From IMG/VR virus record IMGVR_UViG_3300049893_002526: 64,000 nt of DNA. One strand, 5' to 3'. Each line of letters begins with the position of its first letter. Position 1 is the first letter of the stretch. The position numbers were made by a program, and so were the translations under genes. The notes under the pieces were generated by a model that made no database searches, was not told the origin of the DNA, and saw only the letters and a program-made list of their open reading frames with translations. Shown piece by piece: positions 19,407-28,493 of the stretch. Source of the stretch: an uncultured virus (IMG/VR IMGVR_UViG_3300049893_002526) (taxonomy: Duplodnaviria > Heunggongvirae > Uroviricota > Caudoviricetes).

Positions 19407-20249
19407 ATGCTGTTTGATTGTTTTCTTTATTTCAACGAAGCAGAACTACTTGAACTCCGTGTAGAAATTCTTAAAGACATTGTAGATGGTTTCATTATCA
19501 CGGACGCCAATCGTACGTTTAAAGGTGACGAAAAGCCTTTTACTTGCTTAGAGACGATCCGAAAACTTGGGTTGCCCGAAGACAAACTTCAAGTTCTGCA
19601 CGTCGAGCTTCCGCCGCCGGATATCGCTCCTAGTCCTTGGATCCGCGAGTTCGCTCAGCGAGATGCCCTCGCTGTGGGAATGCGGATGACTCCGCCTGAT
19701 TCGGTCTTTTTCTTTTCCGACGTAGACGAAATACCCAAACCATCCGCTCTCTTAGAAGCTGTAGACCTGGCTAAGGCAGATCCTGCGCGATGTGTTCGTC
19801 TGTCGATGCCGATGATGTATGGCCGAGCGGACCTTCGTGTTGTGAGTCCAGACGGAGACAAAACAAAGCCTCCGACTAACTGGACTTGTGGGACCGTTGT
19901 CCTTCATGATCATTTGGATCAGACCCTCTCTGAGATCCGCAGAAATCCGAACGATATTGTCGTAGGAGATTGTGACGCCGGGTGGCATTTTAGTTGGATG
20001 GGAGGTCCGGATCGCCTTAAGCGTAAGTTGACGTCATTCTCTCACTGCTATGACGACATACCTAATGCACACGCTCCTGCATACAGCGAGGAAATGCTGG
20101 ATTATCTGGATAAGTACAAAGCCACAGTGGGCGGGACCGATCCGCTCGGGCGCAAAGATCATTTGCTGACCGCGTATCCGCATGATCTTTTACCGCCAGA
20201 ATTGTTTAAACTGGAACGAGTGAAGGAGTACCTTCTTCCGGACTCCTGA
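19407..20249 (+). CDS. glycosyltransferase family 17 (MGAT3-like beta-1,4-GlcNAc transferase)
   Basis: DCF.YFNE.ELLELR, E..QR, SDVDEIP, GWHFSW, K..SFSH motifs; start ATG 19407. Confidence 0.85.
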   Translation: MLFDCFLYFNEAELLELRVEILKDIVDGFIITDANRTFKGDEKPFTCLETIRKLGLPEDKLQVLHVELPPPDIAPSPWIREFAQRDALAVGMRMTPPDSVFFFSDVDEIPKPSALLEAVDLAKADPARCVRLSMPMMYGRADLRVVSPDGDKTKPPTNWTCGTVVLHDHLDQTLSEIRRNPNDIVVGDCDAGWHFSWMGGPDRLKRKLTSFSHCYDDIPNAHAPAYSEEMLDYLDKYKATVGGTDPLGRKDHLLTAYPHDLLPPELFKLERVKEYLLPDS

Positions 20250-20267
20250 TAACGTCGTTTTCGTAAA

Positions 20268-22508
20268 ATGCCTGCAGATCTTCTAAGTGTCCGAGGACGA
20301 TTCAGTGAGATTCTGGAGGCAGCCCGAACTCAGGATCGCTCTAAGCAATCCGCCACCATGGTGGTGCTGAGCCATGTCCAGCAGATGACCCTTCTTATGA
20401 TTAAGAAGGGTCTGTTTTTCTATTGTGAGCAGGATACGTATAAAGCTCGTAGTAAGTTTCTGGATGATCTGATAAAACTTAATAAACTTGATATCCGCTT
20501 CCCGGCTATCGTTCGGAATTTTTTGATCGACGGTTCGGGTCTTTTTTACTTCAGGCCCGACCCCAAGCTGAAGTATCAGATTTATTTTTTCAACAAAAAT
20601 CAGTATCGGGTTTATCACGACCTCAATGGAGAAATCGAAGAGGTTGTAATCCTTTATTCCTACAAAGTTAAGAATGGCAATTTAGGGCTGCCTTCAAATA
20701 CTTACGGTCAGAACAAGAGGTACGTCCGTATCTCGATTACGGCTGAGACGATCACAGAGTACGAAGCCGACACAGAGCTGAGTTTTGACTTAGAGCCGGG
20801 TTCCGTTATTACGCCTCGGAACAGCCGACCTAACACGCTCGGGTTTATCCCCGCCGTGGAGGTTCTTAACAAACCCAACGCTAGCGGCACTGAAGGCGAA
20901 GGCGAATTCGAGCCGTTCATGCAGCAGATTGTTCTGCATGATCAGATGATGCAGAATATCGCCAAGAACATCGAGTTCTTTGGCAACCCGACTCTGATCA
21001 GTTCGCGTCCGCGTAGTGATCTGGTGGAGGCGAGTGATACCGATCGTAACTTCCGTCCGACGATCAGCAGTCAGAGCGGATTTGGCGGTTTAGATTCTCC
21101 GTCCACGCGGGTCTCGGATCCTTTCGGATCGCAGTCTGGTATCGGGGGTCTTCGAGTTCCTCGAATTATTGCCAACGTCGAACCGACAGACCGAGTCGGT
21201 TATATGACCCCTGACCCCGTTAACGGGGACATGAATCGTTATGCCCTTTTATTACGAGAGGAAATTCGAACTGCACTCGGCGGCGTTGATGAAATATCGA
21301 TTAGCGCCGGTGCCACTGCGACTGAGATTAAGGGCCTTATGGGTCGTGCTCAGGCGACTGCTCTTCGTAAAAATAAGAGCTTTCTGAGCTACGGCTTCTG
21401 TCGTTTGCTGGAGATGATTATTTATCATCAAGAGCAAATTTTCCGCGAGAGTTTCATCTCGGTCATGGGCATGGCTCCGCCCAAAGAACCGAAAGAAGAT
21501 ACCCCGGAAGCCGCCGAGAAGTATCAGAAGCGTCTGGCCAAATACGAGCGGGACGTCGACGTGGCCATCCAAACGGCTCTGTCGGAAAACAAAGTCCCCG
21601 GCGGTGTGTTTGGATTACCTCCAGATGGCGACCGGGAAGTGACCTATCGCTTCCAAGGTGACGTCTATGAAGATACGGCGTACGACATCAACCAAAAGTC
21701 AATCGTTGTTCGAAATCTTCAAGAACTCGGTGTTGACAGCGTGGAAGCTCTGCGCTACTTGTTCCCAGACAAGAGTGATCTAGAACGATCTGAAATGTTG
21801 AAGGGATTCCCCTTCAGAATGATTCAACAAACGCAAGCCGCGCTACAAAATTTCCTGCTAACATTAAATCAGCTGATGCAGTCGCCGCACCCTCTTGCGC
21901 CGACCCAGCCCTTAGCGGCGGATCCGAGGTTAAATATAACGCCTCTCCTCTACCGCACATTCGATCACCTCGCGCAAGAACTAACTTACTCGGGCAGCTA
22001 TGAGCCAAGCGATCCCAGCTTCGACCCCGAGCCCGGTCTCCCCGGCAGTAGCGGCGCCCCAGGCGGCCTTCTCCCCGGATATGGGCTCAACCGCTTACCC
22101 TCAGTGGGTGGCGCAAACCCCTACCCCGGCGGTAGCTTCGGCAACTACAGCCCAAGCGCCGTCGCCGGCACAACTGGCTACGGCCCCTTCTATCAGCAGC
22201 CAGTCCAGCCAGTTTCCGTCAGCCTCCTCCCCGAGCAACCCGTGGGAAGCAGCGCTGGGCAGCCTGGACCGGATCGTCTCCCGGCTCTCCCCGTCCCCCA
22301 GCCAGACAGCATCGTTAGCGCAGCCCCAACTGGCGGCGCAGGATATTCAACAGAACAGTCTGGCTTCACAGGTCCAACAGCCCTGGGCTTACCAACCCCC
22401 TACGGCTCAGCCGATCTTATCCAGCAACGTCTATACGACCCCAACTTCCTCGCCGACTTCTACGGCTCAGGAGCCGCAGTTAAGCCAAGCAAGCGCCGCC
22501 GTCGTTAA
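20268..22508 (+). CDS. portal protein with a long low-complexity C-terminal extension
   Basis: Size, helical character and position between terL and scaffold/capsid. Confidence 0.7.
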   Translation: MPADLLSVRGRFSEILEAARTQDRSKQSATMVVLSHVQQMTLLMIKKGLFFYCEQDTYKARSKFLDDLIKLNKLDIRFPAIVRNFLIDGSGLFYFRPDPKLKYQIYFFNKNQYRVYHDLNGEIEEVVILYSYKVKNGNLGLPSNTYGQNKRYVRISITAETITEYEADTELSFDLEPGSVITPRNSRPNTLGFIPAVEVLNKPNASGTEGEGEFEPFMQQIVLHDQMMQNIAKNIEFFGNPTLISSRPRSDLVEASDTDRNFRPTISSQSGFGGLDSPSTRVSDPFGSQSGIGGLRVPRIIANVEPTDRVGYMTPDPVNGDMNRYALLLREEIRTALGGVDEISISAGATATEIKGLMGRAQATALRKNKSFLSYGFCRLLEMIIYHQEQIFRESFISVMGMAPPKEPKEDTPEAAEKYQKRLAKYERDVDVAIQTALSENKVPGGVFGLPPDGDREVTYRFQGDVYEDTAYDINQKSIVVRNLQELGVDSVEALRYLFPDKSDLERSEMLKGFPFRMIQQTQAALQNFLLTLNQLMQSPHPLAPTQPLAADPRLNITPLLYRTFDHLAQELTYSGSYEPSDPSFDPEPGLPGSSGAPGGLLPGYGLNRLPSVGGANPYPGGSFGNYSPSAVAGTTGYGPFYQQPVQPVSVSLLPEQPVGSSAGQPGPDRLPALPVPQPDSIVSAAPTGGAGYSTEQSGFTGPTALGLPTPYGSADLIQQRLYDPNFLADFYGSGAAVKPSKRRRR

Positions 22509-22950
22509 TCACTTCGGTCTGGAAGCTCCGGCGATTCTGAATCAGTACTCCACCACTCTGGAGGATGCCCTGATTCAGCAGCATCAAACTCTTGAGCAAA
22601 TTGCCACCCGTGGCATGGCGATGGAGCAGATTCTGACTGATCCTGATCAGCTCGCCGATTACACCAACCGGTTCTTCACCGAGGTGTATCCCACCGATCT
22701 GCGCACCGATGAGCAGATTGCTGCTGATGAAGCTCGCACTGCTATCCAGCAGAGCTATCAGCCCAACTATGACCAAGTGCCTGCTGTGCCTGCCGCTTCC
22801 ACCGGCGGTCAACCTCAGCAAGATCCCAACATGCAGTGGGAACAGTTCGGTCAGGTTATGAACCAAGCTCCCGATCAAGCTTGGCGTTATCTGAACAACA
22901 TGTCCCCCGAGGCTCTGCGAGCCAAGCTGTTGTTCCTTGATGGCAACTGA
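22000..22950 (+). CDS. putative capsid scaffolding protein
   Basis: P/S/Q/A-rich N-terminus, helical acidic C-terminus, upstream of the capsid gene; overlaps the portal gene in +1 frame. Confidence 0.6.
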   Translation: MSQAIPASTPSPVSPAVAAPQAAFSPDMGSTAYPQWVAQTPTPAVASATTAQAPSPAQLATAPSISSQSSQFPSASSPSNPWEAALGSLDRIVSRLSPSPSQTASLAQPQLAAQDIQQNSLASQVQQPWAYQPPTAQPILSSNVYTTPTSSPTSTAQEPQLSQASAAVVNHFGLEAPAILNQYSTTLEDALIQQHQTLEQIATRGMAMEQILTDPDQLADYTNRFFTEVYPTDLRTDEQIAADEARTAIQQSYQPNYDQVPAVPAASTGGQPQQDPNMQWEQFGQVMNQAPDQAWRYLNNMSPEALRAKLLFLDGN

Positions 22951-22964
22951 GTTAAAGTAAGTTC

Positions 22965-23035
22965 AGCGGTGTGGAGCACCGCTCGCATGGTGGACGAACA
23001 TAGCGTGACCCCCGTCTGGACAACGGGGGTTTTTT
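22965..23035 (+). ncRNA. candidate ~70-nt three-hairpin small RNA
   Basis: TAAAGT box 22953-22958; AGCGGTG/CACCGCT, CGCATG/CAT-A-GCG and terminator hairpins, each loop containing TGGA. Confidence 0.45.
23008..23035 (+). terminator. Rho-independent terminator
   Basis: ACCCCCGT-CTGGACA-ACGGGGGT followed by a T run. Confidence 0.9.
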
Positions 23036-23067
23036 ATTGGATATACTGTTAAAAAGCGTTTATCAAG

Positions 23068-23250
23068 ATGCCTTTTAAGTCTGAGGCACAAAGGCGTAAA
23101 TTCTACGCAATGCAAGAGCGAGGTGAAATCTCAAAAGCTAAAGTAGCTGAATACGAAAAAGAGACGAAAGGTAACTTGCCTGAGCGCGTCGAGAAACGCG
23201 AGGAGGCGAAGAAAAAAGCTGTAAAATACAAGAAGAGCAAAGGTAAGTAA
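23068..23250 (+). CDS. small Lys-rich protein
   Basis: MPFKSEAQRRKFYA...LPERV. Confidence 0.75.
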   Translation: MPFKSEAQRRKFYAMQERGEISKAKVAEYEKETKGNLPERVEKREEAKKKAVKYKKSKGK

Positions 23251-23253
23251 CTC

Positions 23254-23436
23254 GTGCCTAATCCCCTTGGTCGTCGCCGTGGCGGCGAAAATACCGAAGT
23301 CGAGCAGCTGAAAAAAGAGCTTGAAGAACTCAAGGCGAACTACGCTCGCGATGTAAATCTGATTAGCGAGGATATTCGGGCAATCGCCAGCCAGGTTTCC
23401 CCTACAGCTCCGGCTGAGGATACCCCCGCCGCTTAG
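23254..23436 (+). CDS. small coiled-coil protein
   Basis: ORF with a heptad pattern. Confidence 0.6.
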   Translation: MPNPLGRRRGGENTEVEQLKKELEELKANYARDVNLISEDIRAIASQVSPTAPAEDTPAA

Positions 23437-23462
23437 AATTAAGGCAGCTCTGGCTGCTTTAA

Positions 23463-24176
23463 ATGTATATATCGTATAGAAATTACAATTACGATTCGGG
23501 GCCGCATCGCGTCCAAACCGGCCCTTCGTATGAAGGTTATGTCGTTGTTAGCTCGGGTATTCGAGATACCGGAGCTGACGTCGGCGTAATTGTCGATGGG
23601 TCTCCTAGTTACAGCGGCACCTATTCAACGTCGTGGCGTCAAGTACCTACGGCGGTATCAGGGTACTGGACTGATTACGAGAATGTAGATTACGCACCTA
23701 GTGGTGTCTTAAGTTCGTATCAAGGATATCGACCAGTTACTGTCAGCACGATTGCTGGACGGAAAATTCAGACTTTTACCGGTCCTGACTACGGAGTCCG
23801 CGATGCCGGTAAATATACGTACTTCGGGGGATCTGCACCAGACTCTCAGACCTACGATCCTTACAACACACCGACAGGAAATACTGGACAGCAAGGAATT
23901 ACGGGTGGTGGAGTAACCCACGGTCGGTACGAGGGAGGCATTCTCACCAACTCGCTCGGTCCTCAGGGAACGGCGAATCGTTCTGAATGGGTTTACAACC
24001 CTCCGGTTTACTGCAAGACGTACACACAGACGATTCGTACAGAAGAGCCCGGACTGATGTCTGTGCCATTCCGGTTTATGTATCGCGGCGGCGCGGCCAA
24101 ATACGTTTCTAACTACGGTTCTATCTACTACCAGCTACCAGAGAGCGTACGCAATATCTACCGAAAGTTGGGCTAG
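23463..24176 (+). CDS. putative virion structural protein
   Basis: Y/G/S/T-rich; immediately upstream of the capsid gene. Confidence 0.65.
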   Translation: MYISYRNYNYDSGPHRVQTGPSYEGYVVVSSGIRDTGADVGVIVDGSPSYSGTYSTSWRQVPTAVSGYWTDYENVDYAPSGVLSSYQGYRPVTVSTIAGRKIQTFTGPDYGVRDAGKYTYFGGSAPDSQTYDPYNTPTGNTGQQGITGGGVTHGRYEGGILTNSLGPQGTANRSEWVYNPPVYCKTYTQTIRTEEPGLMSVPFRFMYRGGAAKYVSNYGSIYYQLPESVRNIYRKLG

Positions 24177-24256
24177 CGCTAAAAACGAGACATTTTTATG
24201 TGTCCTTAGCCTCTTTATCTATTAAACTTACTTTGTAGTTTCTGGAGCTATCGACA

Positions 24257-25372
24257 GTGTTTGTCGATAATGATTTCCCGAAGCTTCTCGGCGCCGAACT
24301 CTACCGTCCGCACCCTGCGTACGTTGTTGAGATGGCTGCAGAGCCTGTGGTCGTTCACGACTTCAGCAAGCAGCCTGGCCAGACTGTGCAGTTAGACCGC
24401 TACAGGTTCTGGGGTAATCCGGGAAGCAAAGAGTCACGTGAGCGTACTGCAGAGCAGACCATCGGTACTGCTAACAGCCGCAACATCGTGAAGGACAAGG
24501 TGCTGGTGACTCTTAAGGAGTACACCGGTCCTGCTGATCCGTCCGATCCCACCCAACCGAGCACCTTTAAGATTGCTCGGGAAACCCTGATCACTGCTCA
24601 GCGCCTGCTGCTGGACACCGGTAACCTGACCGCGTTCCACCAGTCGATCGGTTCGCTGACTCTGCTCGACGACTATCGTCGTTGGCGTGACCGGGTGTTC
24701 ATCAACGAACTCCTGAAAGCAGTTTCTAAGGGCCAAGCTTCCGATACCCAAGGTGGTTACTACTACCCTGGCGATCTGGCTGTTGGTTCCCTGACCTATA
24801 GCAACGCCGAACAAGCTAAGTTCGACGTTAAGGACGACCTGCTGCGCGTGGTGAAGAGCCTGCGTAAGCGTAACGTTCCTACCTATCAGGACGGTTTCTA
24901 TCGCTGTGTATGCGATCCTACCTTCCTGATGCACCTGCGTCAGAACAGCGACTTCCGTGAAGTGGCTCGTTATCCTGGCAACGGTCAGATCAACCCCCTT
25001 ATGTCGGGTATGCAGCCCAACGCTGCTATCTACATGGGTCAGGGCTTCGGTCAAGCCAGCTTCGTGGCTGGTGAGCCCATCATGCCCACCGGTTTCGTTT
25101 TCGAAGGCGTTCGCTTCTTCGAATCGACCAACATGCCCTCTCAGAGCCAGACCGCGACCATCGGCGGTACCGGCGCTTCCTATGAGAGTGCAATCGGTAT
25201 GTTCTTCGGTCCCCAGAGCGTGGGCGTCGGTATCGGCGGCAACAATGCTCAGGTGCTCCTGAATAACAACGACGACTTCAGCCGTTTCATCATGATGATT
25301 TGGAGCCTGTACGCAGGTTTCGAACTCCTGAACGCTGACTTCGCCACCATCGCTTACTCCTTTAACGCTTAA
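24257..25372 (+). CDS. major capsid protein
   Basis: 371 aa; strongly biased high-expression codons; HK97-like landmarks (DFSKQPGQTV, G...GVRFFEST, D.F.R....W); position. Confidence 0.85.
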   Translation: MFVDNDFPKLLGAELYRPHPAYVVEMAAEPVVVHDFSKQPGQTVQLDRYRFWGNPGSKESRERTAEQTIGTANSRNIVKDKVLVTLKEYTGPADPSDPTQPSTFKIARETLITAQRLLLDTGNLTAFHQSIGSLTLLDDYRRWRDRVFINELLKAVSKGQASDTQGGYYYPGDLAVGSLTYSNAEQAKFDVKDDLLRVVKSLRKRNVPTYQDGFYRCVCDPTFLMHLRQNSDFREVARYPGNGQINPLMSGMQPNAAIYMGQGFGQASFVAGEPIMPTGFVFEGVRFFESTNMPSQSQTATIGGTGASYESAIGMFFGPQSVGVGIGGNNAQVLLNNNDDFSRFIMMIWSLYAGFELLNADFATIAYSFNA

Positions 25373-25387
25373 TAGGAGGTACTAACG

Positions 25388-26266
25388 ATGGCGATCAACT
25401 CTAACCAGCTCCAAGTTGCCAAGATCTATCCTGGTAACTACACTAACGTTCTTCGTTACTGGCACGAAGAAAAGTCCGTTGTTTTCAACAACGAGAACGG
25501 AACCTCCGAGACCCTGACCGGCCAACCCGTTGGCGGTCCTGTCGGTGTGGTGTTCCGTCCTGGCTGGATTGCTCAGCAGGCAATCGGTTATGTTGACCTT
25601 TCCTATCAGGCCAACGGTTCCGTTAACCAGCTTGAGTACTACGCTCAGCCTTACGGTTCTGGTCTGAACGGCTCTAACCAAGCCTTCAGCAGCGCCAACG
25701 TGATCATCCCCTCCCCGGATTATCACAAGGATGTCCGTTCCGACATCGCTGACGGTATCAAAGTGCCTGCTGGCGCTTATGTTTACCGCGCTTCGCTCCG
25801 CGTTGACGGCGGCGACGTGATCAGCAGCGGTGTGGGCGGCGGTTCCGCCACTCCTCAGCTCAGCCTGGTTCCCGCAGTGAACCAAGGTCTGCGCAGTGAC
25901 GGCACCGTGGTTTCTGGTCAGTTCGGTGTGTCCGTGACCGGCGCCAGCAGCCGGATCGAGAACGGCAGCAATGCTTCGGTGAACATCATTGATGCCAGCA
26001 AGCTGTCTGCCCTTAGCACCGAGACCACTTGGAAACTGTTTGCTACCCGTAACCTGGGCGGCGCTGTTGCTTCCGGTCTTACCCTCGCTTCGGGTACTTT
26101 CGATCCCCGCGCCCAGTCCGGCAAACTGGCCGGTAAGAACAAGGCGCTCGCTATTTGCGAGGTGTGCTGGATTGTCCCCGACGTCGCTCCTAAGCGCGAT
26201 GATCTGGTTCTGCAGCCCGGCGGCGTGGTGGAATCCACCATCTACAGCTCTACCGTTCCTTCCTGA
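25388..26266 (+). CDS. abundant virion protein (capsid decoration/minor capsid)
   Basis: AGGAGG RBS, same codon bias as the capsid gene, followed by a strong terminator. Confidence 0.65.
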   Translation: MAINSNQLQVAKIYPGNYTNVLRYWHEEKSVVFNNENGTSETLTGQPVGGPVGVVFRPGWIAQQAIGYVDLSYQANGSVNQLEYYAQPYGSGLNGSNQAFSSANVIIPSPDYHKDVRSDIADGIKVPAGAYVYRASLRVDGGDVISSGVGGGSATPQLSLVPAVNQGLRSDGTVVSGQFGVSVTGASSRIENGSNASVNIIDASKLSALSTETTWKLFATRNLGGAVASGLTLASGTFDPRAQSGKLAGKNKALAICEVCWIVPDVAPKRDDLVLQPGGVVESTIYSSTVPS

Positions 26267-26288
26267 TATACTCAGGTCGGCAAAGGGG

Positions 26289-26313
26289 ACCCCTCCTTCG
26301 GGAGGGGTTTTTT
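26289..26313 (+). terminator. Rho-independent terminator
   Basis: ACCCCTCC-TTCG-GGAGGGGT plus T run (cUUCGg loop). Confidence 0.93.
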
Positions 26314-26319
26314 ATTGCC

Positions 26320-26799
26320 TTAGCGCATCCTCATCATTCCCGAGGTTGGTAGCGGCACTTCGATTCCACGCAGGCGATTGCGAGCCTCCTGCATTAGTCG
26401 TTCTTTTTCTTCGTCGATTCGACCTTCAACAATTTGCTCTACCAGCTGTTCGGTGTACATGCTGGGGTTAATGGTGCGGGCGCGTGCATTCAAATTTCGA
26501 ATTATCTCGTTCCGGCTCAACCCTTCCTGACCTAAGGCTCTCAGGATTCCGGGATCTGTAGCCAGCTGAGTTAACTGCGGAATCGTTTCGGCGCCACCCA
26601 TGACGAGCGACGTGGCTACTTCAGCTGCCGTATTTAAAGCAGCCGTTTTTTCTTTTTTAGGTGACTTTTTCTCTGACATCATGAGCTCCACGGGAAGTCC
26701 TATACCCACGTCAGGAGCTACAGCGTAGATGGCCCTCAAGGCGTTACCTACGCCAGGAACTTGATTTGCAAATCTAAGTAAGTTAAAAGGGTTGGGCAT
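26320..26799 (-). CDS. hypothetical protein
   Basis: 159-aa ORF with its own TAGAAT box upstream on the minus strand. Confidence 0.65.
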   Translation of the reverse strand: MPNPFNLLRFANQVPGVGNALRAIYAVAPDVGIGLPVELMMSEKKSPKKEKTAALNTAAEVATSLVMGGAETIPQLTQLATDPGILRALGQEGLSRNEIIRNLNARARTINPSMYTEQLVEQIVEGRIDEEKERLMQEARNRLRGIEVPLPTSGMMRMR

Positions 26800-26858
26800 C
26801 GTTCGTTGACTTTTTTCTATTCTAACTTTGTCCTATACTGCGCGAAAGTCGTATCTCC

Positions 26859-27299
26859 ATGATGACTGCCACTGTTTCTAAAGACGTCACCTTCACTCCT
26901 AGTGGTGTAAAAGTCGACATTCTGAGTACTCATGATGACGGTGAGTACTTTATGGTGAAATCCAAGACAACAGGTAAAGTCTTTTTCGCTCATAAGAACC
27001 AGATCGAGCAAAAAGACGAGGTCGCGGAGGATGGCTCGGACGCAAAACCCGTTAAGTCTCGTAGGGGTCGACAGATTGTGAAACCGCAAGTGCCGGCGCC
27101 GAGTCGCTTCAATCTGAACGCGATGACACCTGAGCTGCTGACCCAAGTGTTACCCGGCGTGGGGCTTAAGACCGCCAACGAAATTATTGAGCTTCGGATG
27201 TCGTTGCCTGGTGAGCGTTTTACAAAGCTGGAACAGCTTCGCCAAATCAAACATGTAAATTGGGATGAGATCCTGAACGACTCTATTTTTGTGGAGTAA
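26859..27299 (+). CDS. helix-hairpin-helix (ComEA-like) DNA-binding protein
   Basis: NLNA.T.E.L...LPGVG.KTA..II..R. Confidence 0.8.
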   Translation: MMTATVSKDVTFTPSGVKVDILSTHDDGEYFMVKSKTTGKVFFAHKNQIEQKDEVAEDGSDAKPVKSRRGRQIVKPQVPAPSRFNLNAMTPELLTQVLPGVGLKTANEIIELRMSLPGERFTKLEQLRQIKHVNWDEILNDSIFVE

Positions 27300-27801
27300 T
27301 TTGCAACCAACTCCAAGATTCTTCATTTTTTATTGCGTATATATTTTTTCTATCTACGCTGTATTTTTTAGCCAGCTCTGTTATAAGTCCTCTATAAGGA
27401 TTTAACAGAGCTTTTTTTATTTCTATTACTTCTTGTTCTGTGAGTTTATTTTGATGATGTAGTTCTCCTCTAAGCTTTTCATTTTTATATCTATTTCTAT
27501 TTAGTTGCTGTTCTTTTTTAGTTGCCCATTTACAGTTTTCGGGACAATACCCTTTGTTGTTATCTATTCTTTCTAATGAATGATTTTTTGAAGGTTTGGG
27601 TCCCATATCTTCAACAAAATTTTTAAAACCTTCTGATGTTTTTCCTCCGTTCATTCTGTGTTTTAACCATCTCTCGCATACAGTTATCCCTCTTCCGCCG
27701 TATTTTTCGTAGCTTTGATTTCCTTTGTGATAGCAGCGACTTATCATCGATCTGTAAGTATCTTGTAACGGATGGTCGCACCATAAGCGCGGTTGAGCCA
27801 T
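27283..27801 (-). CDS. free-standing HNH homing endonuclease-like protein
   Basis: YGGRGITVCERW, F..DMG.KP, SLERIDNNKGY.PENCKWAT, C-terminal HTH; very AT-rich. Confidence 0.85.
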   Translation of the reverse strand: MAQPRLWCDHPLQDTYRSMISRCYHKGNQSYEKYGGRGITVCERWLKHRMNGGKTSEGFKNFVEDMGPKPSKNHSLERIDNNKGYCPENCKWATKKEQQLNRNRYKNEKLRGELHHQNKLTEQEVIEIKKALLNPYRGLITELAKKYSVDRKNIYAIKNEESWSWLQITPQK

Positions 27802-27847
27802 GTCTCGTTTGTGAGGGCCTATACTGTAACACAGGGCGGCGCTTTTT

Positions 27848-28468
27848 ATGGCTCAGTTTACGCAGCAAGAACTAGAGCAGCTCCAGAGTTATCTGGCGCA
27901 GCAAGGCGTCGTCTTTCAGCCCGACACAACAGATGCAACTAAGAGACAAGTAATATACGCTGCAGTAAACCAGCTAACTCGAAACCCGGCTCAAGTCTTC
28001 GGTTATAGGTTAGATGATTTTAACTTTAGTCGTGTAGCTTATCACTTAGGTTACAATATAGCCACTGTACCTGCTGGTGATTATGCCAGATTATTAGAGG
28101 CTTGTAATAGTATATCTAGTGAATTTTACTACGATAAAATTGTCCAACAGATTGAGCGCTGTGAGGAAGCTGAGCGCTTAACGGAACTCGCTGCAGGTCG
28201 CGCCACGAACCGCCAAGAAACCATTCTTGGGGATGTTAACCGTTCGATCAACATTCAAGATAAAACTGAAGTTGCCAAAGTTTGGCGTCAAAACTACCTG
28301 TATGAGACGGGTCGTTTGGCTGAGATGCTTTATGTAGCCAACTATAAAGACCCCGTGGCATCTCGGTATAGATTTGAACGGAGTGGCGCAGAATTCATCC
28401 AAGCTATTCCTGGTCCACCTGATGTGTCTCGTGCTGATCGTCTGTATTTCTACGCAGATTGGCGCTAA
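27848..28468 (+). CDS. putative head completion/adaptor protein
   Basis: Helical 206-aa ORF downstream of the capsid genes; positional inference. Confidence 0.5.
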   Translation: MAQFTQQELEQLQSYLAQQGVVFQPDTTDATKRQVIYAAVNQLTRNPAQVFGYRLDDFNFSRVAYHLGYNIATVPAGDYARLLEACNSISSEFYYDKIVQQIERCEEAERLTELAAGRATNRQETILGDVNRSINIQDKTEVAKVWRQNYLYETGRLAEMLYVANYKDPVASRYRFERSGAEFIQAIPGPPDVSRADRLYFYADWR

Positions 28469-28493
28469 TATAAACTCAGGCTAGGTCTTTAGG

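Noticed and set aside
26267..26313. Tiny RNA from the TATACT box just before the capsid terminator
   Set aside because: Would be ~35 nt consisting only of the terminator; could be chance
26859..27299. Photosystem II PsbU
   Set aside because: HhH fold is shared, but there is no signal peptide and the pattern fits ComEA-like DNA-binding HhH
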